A stretch of DNA of 64,000 nucleotides from Nemertoderma westbladi (Eukaryota > Animalia > Xenacoelomorpha). Shown here piece by piece: positions 13,591 to 23,642 of the stretch. The position numbers were made by a program, and so were the translations under genes. The notes under the pieces are model-generated. The model made no database searches. It was not told the origin of the DNA and saw only the letters and a program-made list of their open reading frames with translations. Position 1 is the stretch's first letter, and every line of letters starts with the position of its first letter. The stretch covers positions 1 through 64,000 of the forward strand of contig JAUCBJ010003239.1 of assembly GCA_032718475.1 (NCBI GenBank), written 5' to 3'.

Positions 13591-15322
13591 TAATACTTAG
13601 CAAGGACAGCTCTATTAGTAAACTTAGCAATACTCCAGTTTAGATTAGGCATACATGTACCGGTTCTGTCTGACAGTGTGAATTTAAAAATGTTTCAGTT
13701 CAAAATTAATAACTCACAATATACCTTACATTCTGCAGAACAGTACACCATATTGCAGGTAGGCCTACCTGTTACATGAATACCGGTTCCGTGAAGAGTA
13801 CTACTGTATGAATTAACAGTACCACAACACCAACACGTATTTGCTGTTAGATTAGCTGTCAGGTCTTGTATGTAATGTGGTATAAATTTTACGGCTGCAG
13901 AGGACGATGTGCTCTTCGCGCAGCACGTGAAAAAAACTGTATTTTCTAGAAAATACTTAACTTAATTTGACTAGGCCTACTGTCTGACTGTCAGTACCGC
14001 CCTGCCAGTACCAGACAACCGCACTCCCGTTACCTACTGTTCAATTGTACCGGCGGCACTGGGGGAGGAGAGGAAGAATGACAGATTAAGTGCCTGAAAC
14101 GATTAGCAGACATTTCGCGGATGTCATCCTGTCATCTGCAGCCGTCTTTCAGTGGTGAATAAGACACGATCTCGGTCCGTAAACACCCCCAACATGTTGT
14201 CGTTGCTCGATGGTAATGAAGCGGGATGACGCGAACGAGAAAGTAAAATTGCAATTGTTCCCTTATAGCCTAGGTTTAGTTGGAATTGTGGCCCATACTT
14301 CATTCAGTACTTGTTGCATGTATTACTTATAATTTTTAGTTAATTTCTTACTTTTTAAATAATATAACCTTACATTGTAATTATGTTGTGAATTAATTTG
14401 CAGTAATTTGTTGTGACGTTTTATACAGTAGTCCTACTAAGTATTATTCATGTTATTAATAATTAATAAATTTTTAATAATATTTTTTTTAGTTAGCTAT
14501 GTACCTAATTTATAAGTATAGGCCTAAGTAATTTTTAATTAATCGATCATTTTTTAGTAAGTTTTTTTTAAGTCAAATTATTATTAAGGAATTATTAGAT
14601 TATTGATTATTATATTACTGTAACTGTATTACAGTGCATATTTTTAGGAATTGTGGCATTTTTGTACAATAATAAATTAATTTGGAGTTTGTCAGTTTGT
14701 GGCATTTATTAATAGTTAATTAGCGACTTTTAGAGTAGCCGTAACTCGACGACACCACAGTAGTACTATGAATAGACGATGCCACAACACTTACTGTATT
14801 GGTGTTACTACGTAGTTAAATACACTACGAAAATCTATTTGCAATAACATTTTAGATAAATTAGATACCAGTAGGCCTACTCTGGCACCTACAAGGCCTC
14901 GGTACCAGTAGTGTGATCTTGGCGACGTTTGTGTATTATTGTTGAAGCATTTTTGCTACTTTAATTTGGAATAATTATTACAAACTCTTCCCACTATTTT
15001 TTTTACTAGTGAAATGTTGTTGTTAGATGTAAAGATGATAAATTAATTCCTGGAATGGCATTTTAACGAGAAAATTCGTAAATTGTGATATTAATTATGA
15101 GCGATGTTTTATTTCTTGAACGAAAAAATATAAAATTTTTATTTAAAACATTTTAATTTTTATATTTTTAAGTAAACTCCGGCTCCCGCTCTGGTTCCGG
15201 CCAAATTCCAACTCCTATTAGGCTATTTATACCAGTAGGCCTACAGTATAGCATATATTTTATAACTACTTAATTCTGATACTTTTGTACTTGAAGATTA
15301 ATTAATTAACTCAGATAAAACA

Positions 15323-16708
15323 ATGGAAGCTGCGCCATCGAATCGAAAAGGTGAAGATAATATATTACTGAGTGTCCTCCAACATTTCCCGGATGGAGAC
15401 AAGTTCCTGTACGCCGGTACCGAGGGCGTCGTTGTTTGCGATGCAACGAACCTCGGTGTTATCGGGCGGTACAAAGATGAGGATAAGAGACGAATATTCC
15501 GATGCGCTATATCAAGTGATGCCAAGAGAGTCGCGGGAACTGTCGATAGTCGGGACGGTGGGGGCGTAAATGTTTGGGATACGGAGAGTCGTGAGCTGTT
15601 GTTCCACGTCGCTCACAATGAACTCCGTATAAACTCGGAGTCTACAGAAACAGATCGGTGGGCACTCACCTTCTCCCCATCGGACCCCAACGTGCTCTCC
15701 ACATGTTGTAATGATGGAACTTTATCCATCATTACAATAAATCCTTCCGGTACCGCAACAGGTAATTTATTTACTCATAAAACTTGGGCGGCTCACAGTG
15801 ACTGGGTAACCGACATTGTATTCTATACAGATGGTTCGCAGGTAGTTAGCGGTTCCTGGGATGGGACCGCTAAACTCTGGGACCTCAAAGGGAACCTAAT
15901 AAAGGTTCTTATGGGAGGGGAGAGGGAAGTCTGGTCGGTAGCGTTTAATACAGATGGTACTAAACTGTTAATAGGCGGTATCGGGTTCACTAAATGTATT
16001 TCCTTTATAACCGGTGAGGAATTATGGGAACAGAGTGTAGTAGGGTGGTGGTCGGAGGCTAAATGGGAACCTCGGGGAGGGAGGGTTGCTGTGCGGAGCG
16101 GGTTTATATATGATTCATCGTATGTAAGGATATTAGATGGAGGTGGGAGGGTAATAAAGAGGTTTGTGAATCGGCCGGGTGGGGAGGCGAACTGGTTCCA
16201 ATCTATTAACTTCCACCCAGAAGGGAATTACCTACTGATTGGTTATAGAAAGGGAACTATTATTAAAATTAATATAAACCAAACCGATCAGATAGAACAT
16301 ATTAATGTAGGAGAAGTTAGTGAGAAAATAAAAGGGGCGAAAAAATGGGAAGAAATAGGGAAATACGTTGGGAAGGTGGGTCCGTTAGGGGAAGAGATAC
16401 AGACGGTAGTTAAGGGAATTATTGATGAAACAGTTAGAAATAAACTCACAGGGGGACAATACGAATTGGCTACTAAATTAGAATCAGAAGTTCTACTAAT
16501 TTATCTATTAAGTAGATTTGTTATCACTGGGGATCAGATAGAAATAATTAAATCACTTCCAGGTAGTATCGCACAAAATAATAAACTTATTGAATTCATT
16601 AAGAAACGGACCTACAAAGACTTTCTTACATTCTGTGACGGACTTAGGGAAACTAACCAAAAACACTTAGCTGAAATTATTGAAATAAAACCGCCTCTTC
16701 CTAAATAA
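15323..16708 (+). CDS. 461-aa WD40 beta-propeller protein with C-terminal CARD (death-fold) domain
   Basis: Canonical WD repeat AHSDWVTDIVFYTDGSQVVSGSWDGTAKLWD plus further blades over ~330 aa; C-terminus LLIYLLSRFVITGDQIEII...NNKLIEFIKKR...FLTFCDGLRETNQKHLAEII fits the CARD pattern. A possible splice acceptor (ttaactcag) just before the ATG means an upstream exon is not excluded. Confidence 0.85.
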   Translation: MEAAPSNRKGEDNILLSVLQHFPDGDKFLYAGTEGVVVCDATNLGVIGRYKDEDKRRIFRCAISSDAKRVAGTVDSRDGGGVNVWDTESRELLFHVAHNELRINSESTETDRWALTFSPSDPNVLSTCCNDGTLSIITINPSGTATGNLFTHKTWAAHSDWVTDIVFYTDGSQVVSGSWDGTAKLWDLKGNLIKVLMGGEREVWSVAFNTDGTKLLIGGIGFTKCISFITGEELWEQSVVGWWSEAKWEPRGGRVAVRSGFIYDSSYVRILDGGGRVIKRFVNRPGGEANWFQSINFHPEGNYLLIGYRKGTIIKININQTDQIEHINVGEVSEKIKGAKKWEEIGKYVGKVGPLGEEIQTVVKGIIDETVRNKLTGGQYELATKLESEVLLIYLLSRFVITGDQIEIIKSLPGSIAQNNKLIEFIKKRTYKDFLTFCDGLRETNQKHLAEIIEIKPPLPK

Positions 16709-17725
16709 ACAAGTGAAATTAATTGAAATAAAGTTATAGGATGAAAAAAAGTATTGGAAAGAGGAACTTTTAATCTTTAGTTAAACTCACCGAATTTAAA
16801 CTCTTTAGTTTGGGAAAATATAAATAAAGTTAAAAATTAAACGTTACGATTTATGGAAATACATTTAGTGCTGTATTATTAATTAGTTAATTAATAATTA
16901 GTCTACCATCCATTGTTGTGTGTTTGTTACATATATTGTGTTGTTACATATAGTTTCTGAATCTTTGAATTATATTATTTAATTATCTTTTACAAATAGA
17001 ATTACTTTTCTGTTTTATGAATCATTTCGTCTTAGAGATGAAACAGACAGGGGGGATTCGAGGCAATAAAAATACATCCCTCTCCAGGGGAAAATCTACA
17101 CAAATAACAGCTGATTACTCCCACAAATACAACTGTAATTTGTTCTATTGTTTATTGTTTTGGTTATAATAACGTGCCTCAGTAACCTGCTCCTGTAGGT
17201 GTCTCACCCCCTGTCTCAGCGAGAAAACATTGTCTATTAAATAATTAACTTTATTGTTAAACGATAATAGATTCTTTGGTTAAAAAGATTTATTAATATA
17301 TAATATACGTAAAGACCCTATTGGTAATATAGTTATAAAATATATAGCCTTAGTAATTAATCTTGGTAATTTGGTTGAAATTAAAATTAATATTTTGACA
17401 GACAAACTGTTCGGTAAATTATATTTTATAATTGTAGATTGGTTGGTTACCTGGGAACAGCTGTGCAGATTTACTAAACTGTTTAAGAGTCTAATTATTT
17501 TGTGCTTTTTGTATTTATTATATATCTGGATTTTAAATAATTCGAGTTAATTTAAATATGTCGGTTTGATCTGTTTCTAATAGGATTATTATATTTTATT
17601 TATAATATAAACCACATTAAATATTAATTAATTTATATTAATTACTTTTGATAATCATTAAATAAACTTCGTGACTTTATATACTTTTCTAGAAACAGTT
17701 AAATGTTCCCAAAATATCTATAATC

Positions 17726-18175
17726 GGCGTGCTGCATTGCAGCTGCATTAAGAATGCTATGCCGCAGGTCGACAATATTGCAGCGGCACAATTCTCCATC
17801 ACGATGTCTTTCACGAGATTATCCACAAATAAAAAACCTAGTCTTCTTAACGAGTCATCGCAAGAAAGTCATTTGGGCTGTCCAACAGACTTATTGCTTA
17901 TTCTCTACATGAGGCCGTCAATGCATAAGTTTGTGTGTAGGCTGGTCCTCACGGCCAGAGCTGTAATATCCTGTAGAGTGGACCTAATTTTAGGAAGCCA
18001 AATGACGTCACTCCCCAAAACAATGCCCATATATTTATGTAATATATGGAAGCAAAGAATCTATCGATATGGGTACAACATTGGTTCTGCAGTGTAATAC
18101 TAATGCACATACATGGCAAAGACGCTCACTTGGTGGCGTACGACACCATCTCACATTTTCGCTTCGTAAATTATG
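17726..18175 (-). mobile_element. Old RTE-like LINE 3' fragment inside duplication unit 2
   Basis: Paralogous to 6248-6700. Confidence 0.65.
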
Positions 18176-18769
18176 TGAGAATGTAGGAAATCTTGTGACT
18201 TGTAAAGACTTTCTTATTATAATCTGTACATATAAATTATAATTATTATAATCAACCTATCTGAGGATTTAATAATGTCCGGTAGAATTTAATAAATTGT
18301 CTCCTTTTTTTAAACCTTTAATTTTCACTCCATAGGCTTACTGTAATTGTCCTGAGGGGCGTATTTACAAACCCCATACCGTCTCGGCACTGACAATGTA
18401 ATTCAACCTGAATTAAGAACCAATCAGAGATCAGCAGCTGTGATAAGGAACTCAGTGCTGAGACCATATCTATTAATTCATCTGGACTTTTTACGCCACC
18501 GACGCCCTGTGACCAGCATTGGCTAGCATTTTTAAACTATAATTCAAAATTTGCTGCTTCTTGCAGTTATTAACAGAAGAAAGGAACATAAAATACCGTC
18601 GTTTCTAGGCACATTCCTTGGGGTCATGTAGACCAGCAAAGAGAGACTACCACCTCACAATAGTGCAGGAAATGAGATTACACCCCAAAAAAATTAAAAG
18701 AATATTATCGACCTACCAGAGCCAAATTTGACCAACTGAAATATAAATACTAAATGAGATAGTACAAGC

Positions 18770-18883
18770 AACAAATCCTACAATGTGGGGCGAGCCACGA
18801 AGTTGGCGGAGCCTTAGCGAATTGACACTGTTAGGGGGTGGGTCAATTTATGCAAATAGTTGTCGTCGTCGTCGTCGTTGTCG

Positions 18884-18915
<32 letters not shown>

Positions 18916-19835
18916 GTCGTCGTCGTCGTCGTTACGATTTTGACATGCTAATAACTTTGTCGATTTAAAGCTGCCAAGTTGAAAATTTGTAGGTATCAAT
19001 ATGAGCTAAAGTTGAGATTTTTGAGAGACTTTCAGACACCATCAGTGCAATGGTCTCCCGCTAGAGGGCCACATGTCTAAACATTAAATGCCCTCCCATT
19101 TCTTTGCTTTTAATCCGTTTAAGCTGAAACTTGGCAGATATGTATTAGACCATTAGCTGTGACTTTCAAATGAGGCGAATCCATCTGCAGTTCTCCAGTC
19201 TGCCGCTAGAGGGCCAAAGGTCTGAAAGTGAAATCGTTGTCGTCGTTACGATTTTGACATGCTAATAACTTTGTCGGATTTAAAGCTGCCAAGTTGAAAA
19301 TTTGTAGGTATCAATATGAGCTAAAGTTGAGACGTTTGAGAGACTTTCAGACACCATCAGAGCAATAGTCTCCTGCTAGAGGGCCACATGTCTAAACGTT
19401 AAATGTCCTCCCATTTCTTTGCTTTTAATCCATTTATGCTGAAATTTGGCAGATATGTACTAGACCATTAGCTGTGACTTTGAAAGAAGGAATTGAATTG
19501 AATTGAATTGAAGGCTAATCCGTGTGCAGTTCTTCAGTCTGCCGCTAGAGGGCGAAATGTTTGAAAGTGAAATCTTTCTCCCATCTCGTTATTTATGATC
19601 CGTTCAAGCTGAAACGTAGCAGATATGTAGTAGAAGTCGGCCTGAGTCTTTGGTGGGCAGTAAACGGTCTGGAGTCCTCCAGTCTGCCGCTAGAGGGCGA
19701 AATGTATAACTGTCCCCAATTCCTTGATATTAATTTATTTAAAGTGAATATTGGCATATGTACTAGAGCACATGCTGCGTCTTTCTGAGGAAGGTGGTCG
19801 ATCTGCATTTCTCCAGTCTGCCGCTAGAGGTAAGC
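18770..19835 (+). mobile_element. Non-autonomous interspersed element (possibly Helentron/HINE-like) with a (GTC)n microsatellite and internal tandem repeats
   Basis: (GTC)n at ~18862-18932; ~315-bp internal duplication; six CCGCTAGAGG(GC)-type motifs; inverted homologue at 7765-8135. Class assignment is tentative. Confidence 0.6.
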
Positions 19836-21226
19836 GGAAATTCAAGACGCTGGTCACACTACTAAACGCATTATTTCAACATTCTCAAATATACGCTCCA
19901 TAAATATTTCACGTTACTATTTTATTGATAATCAAGATATAAACCCAGTAAGCAACCGAGGGTGGACTCTCTATAGCCGAGGGGCACTTGTATAATAACT
20001 AATAATCACGAACCCCCTCCTCTTATAATATATAACTCTGTAGTAGTCAGTAGCAGTAGTAGTAATAGTAGTAGTAGTATAAGTAGTAAGTAAAGGAGAT
20101 CGGTTTAAACCAAAGTGATAAAGTAACATTATTATATAACATAATCATATAGACAAATTAGAATAAGATACAGATTCATAATTATTTTATCAAACTCATG
20201 TACTACTTACTTCAATGTACCAATTGTAATAATAATTAAACATATTATTCCGATTAATCTGCGTTTGGCCCTATAAGATATTATACTGAAGTGTTTTATA
20301 TCAATATATCCATGCGAGTAAACAAGAAGTGAAGTAAATGTTTATTATTATAGTTTTAGAAATTGAATGATATACCCAAGATAGTGAAATAGATAATATA
20401 CAAGAAATTGCCATTTGATCAGATGTATCAAAGCGGCGTCTTTAGTATAATACCGTAATAGTATCAATTAACTCTGTTATACAATGTAAATGTACTAAAT
20501 CTATTTATAAATATATTATGAGCCCTACATTGTATATTTCTCCTACAGGTAAACAATGTAGTATGTTAAAACTTGATATAATTTGGTATAATGTATAACA
20601 TATTACAAATAAGACTGAGGCAGCTAAACTATATTGCAAAGAAATCAAATATCCTAAAGTAATATACTAGACCCTCCCTCCACCCTATAAATAGTGTTCA
20701 CCACCTACCCCACCCACCGCCCTTATTACTTCATAATAATGAAAGATAGTACTGGCGCTCCGGTCACTCCGTTCCCTCCGCTGGGGGGGTTAAGTTGTAG
20801 GTTTTGAAACTATGCAAAATCCGAGCACAGAGTTAGAAGCGCATTGGATAGGCGAACATTTCTTGCAGTGAAAGTATTTCCATACCTATTATAGTTTTCG
20901 AGATAGTCAGACGTGAGTAGCAAAAATTTGAATTTTTTTCGGTAAAGTCTGATTTCACCGGTACCTGTGATCCGAAATATGGATTGTGATATATCGTTAG
21001 ATGCGGGTCGACTAACTGTACATTCACATATTTTCAAGGAAAAAATTCGATCAAGAGTTTTCGAAATATTTTCGAATTACCGGAAGCAGACTTTGGACGA
21101 CCATATCTCCGGTACCGGTAGGCTTATTGAGTCGAAATTTTTTTTAATCTACTTAGAACACTCCAGTGAATGTTTTTTAGTTTGAAAGTTTTGCCTCAAA
21201 ATGCTCAGAAGTAATTACGAAAAAAC

Positions 21227-22290
21227 TGATCATTTTGCGATCATGATCTTTTAACCCCCTAGAATTGAACTTTTTTATGGTCAAATTTTGGCTACCCCCC
21301 CCTAATTCGAGGGTGAGGAATCTTTTTGTAATGTTAAGTTTTTTCATACGGTGAACTCACAGGACTTGGTCTCCGAAATAAAACCGAAAACATGATCTTT
21401 CCTGATCATGGCCTGATCAAATCGCTTTTTGAAAATTTCGAAATGCCCAAAAGTTGCCCCTTCTTAATAGAAGTCGATTAGTAAAAAAAAAATCGGGGGT
21501 CTCAAACAAAGTTTTCGAGAAAATCGGGAAAAACCTAAAAACATGATCTTTTATGATCAGGAAGCTGATCTCGAGAACCGGTTGACCGATCGAGCCAATT
21601 TTTTTTTTAATCAACTCAGAATAGACCATTGAACATTTCTTACAATGAATGTTTATTAGAAAAATGCTTAGATTCGATTTTAAATATACTGATCTTTTCG
21701 CGATCATGATCTTGAGTTTTGACCCACTAGACTTGAACTTTTTTATGCCCAAATTTTGGCTACCCCCCATAATTCGAGGGTGAGGAATCTTTTTGTGATG
21801 TTAAGTTTTTCCATACGGTGAACTCCCAGGACTTGGTCTTTGAAATAAAACCCAAAACACGATCTTTTCTGATCGCGGCCTGATCAAATCGCTTTTTGAA
21901 AATTTCGAAATGCTCAAAAGTTGCCCCTTCATCATAGAAGTCGATTCCTAAAAAAAAAATCGGGGGTCTCAAACAAAGTTTTCGAGAAAATTGGAAAAAA
22001 CCGAAAAATATGATCTTTAATGATCAGGTATCAGATCTCGAGAACCGGTTGTCCGATCGAGCCAATTTTTTTTTTCAATCGACTCAGGGCGGTGTTCTGA
22101 ACGTTTCCTACACTAATTGTTTATATCCAAAATGCTTAGTTACGATTTTACGAAGTCCGATCTTTGCGCGATCATGATCTTACGTTTTGACCGGGAAGAA
22201 TTCACTTTTTTTAAAATCTTTTAACGGGAATCATGACTAATGTGGGGTCGCTGAATCTTTTTGTAATGTTAAGTTTTTCGATTGGAGCAA
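21227..22290. repeat. ~465-bp tandem repeat (2.3 units), probably inside a non-autonomous DNA transposon spanning ~20800-22640
   Basis: gcgatcatgatct...gaatctttttgt[a/g]atgttaag recurs at ~21236, ~21700 and ~22167. Confidence 0.75.
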
Positions 22291-22765
22291 GCCTTGAGTG
22301 TCCGATCCCTGATCAAAACTGATCTTTGCTGATCATGGTCAAGATCATGATCTGATCGCTCCAAAAAAAGTTTTTTTGAATGTAAACCCTATGCTGCCTA
22401 TCGATTGGCGCCAGTCCCAAGTCCGTAGCATTAGCGGTTCTGGAGATTCCTGCATAGCAACGCGGTTGCTAGGGAAGCGGACATTTTGACTCAAATTGGC
22501 CCTAGGCGGAGAACCGTAGACTTTTTTAACACATTATGTATGGCGAAAAGTTGTCTGGATAAATTTTAGGGGGGGTCTAGGAACATCCTATTGTTCGTTT
22601 TCGCTTAGTTGCTGAGATCCTCTCGTCCCCCAAATCCCATTATTCTATAAAGGCATTCTGCTGGACTAGTTCCGTGGCCGGAATAGTGTTCGGTGTTCTG
22701 CGAACAGAGAACCTAATCGGTTTAGGGCCCTGACCGTCAAGCGGAATTGGGGTGTAAACGTTAAA

Positions 22766-22983
22766 CAGACACCTGGTGCAGACACCTGGTGCAGACACCT
22801 GGTGCAGACAACTGGTGCAGACACCTGGTGCAGACACCTGGTGCAGACACCTGGTGCAGACACCTGGTGGGTGCAGACACCTGGTGCAGACACCTGGTGC
22901 AGACACCTGGTGCAGACACCTGGTGCAGACACCTAGTGCAGACACCTGGTGCAGACACCTGGTGCAGACACCTGGTGCAGACA
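22766..22983. repeat. 13-bp minisatellite (CAGACACCTGGTG)n, ~16 units
   Basis: Directly visible. Confidence 0.95.
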
Positions 22984-23457
22984 GTTAGGCAGACCGGTAC
23001 TGAAATGAATTACACAATAGCCTACATTCGCAGAAAAGCCTTTCTAGAATTATCACTTATGACTACTTATTTGCGTGCATTTTTCACTGGGATTGGCTGC
23101 GTGCGTGTCTAGCGTCGTCTCTTTGATTACGTTGAACCATTGGCAATATACAGAATGTTTTGATTGGACCTATAGGACTAGGAACTTTGCGTGAAAGAAT
23201 ATAATGGTAGAAATCATAACAAATAATACTCATATAACTTATATTTCGGCAGTTCTTTTAAATATGTAAACCTCTACCGGACTGCTGATTCATATACATT
23301 CCTAACATTCCACACCACATTCCAATAATATCCTAATACAGTAATACTTTCGAATTAGTACTTAAATTAAATTTAAGTCACGTGCTGCGCGAAGGCCCCA
23401 CTTCGTGTAGTTTATATACACTATAGGGTGTAATATTATGGTTTTTTTACAGAAGTT

Positions 23458-23642
23458 CCACCTTGGTGTAGTGGTCGCATTGAATTCCCATCTCCCGTAG
23501 GTCGTGGGTTCGACCCTCACATGGGCCAGGGCAGTTTTCGTTTCGGCACGAATGCTTTAAAGGGACCAGCCAGGGCACATCTCTTCTGCCTTGCATCCTT
23601 AAGTGGAAGCTAAATGAGTACTAGAGTTTCCTGTGGGGAGTA
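23458..23642 (+). mobile_element. tRNA-derived SINE with Nin/Deu-domain-like core, abutting the LINE tail
   Basis: A box TGGTGTAGTGG (23464), B box GGGTTCGACCC (23506), then gccttgcatcc...taaatgagtac resembling the conserved Nin/Deu SINE core. Confidence 0.65.

Larger units (their letters stand above)
10346..18414 (+). repeat. Tandem segmental duplication, unit 2
   Basis: Colinear with 129-6869. Confidence 0.9.

Noticed and set aside
248-13652. Many ORFs rich in W/E/C/G/K or P/H/S/F/T
   Set aside because: Translations of the pyrimidine/G-rich satellite in several overlapping frames; no evidence of coding function
6252-18097. Paralogous plus-strand ORFs MLHCSCIKNA... (6252-6494 and 17729-18097) as a small gene
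   Set aside because: Antisense to a decayed LINE 3' fragment; their similarity is explained by the duplication
18783-18999. Poly-Arg / poly-Asp ORFs
   Set aside because: Translation of the (GTC)n microsatellite
22640-23112. Repetitive VSAPGVCTRCLHQ ORFs
   Set aside because: 13-bp minisatellite open in several frames
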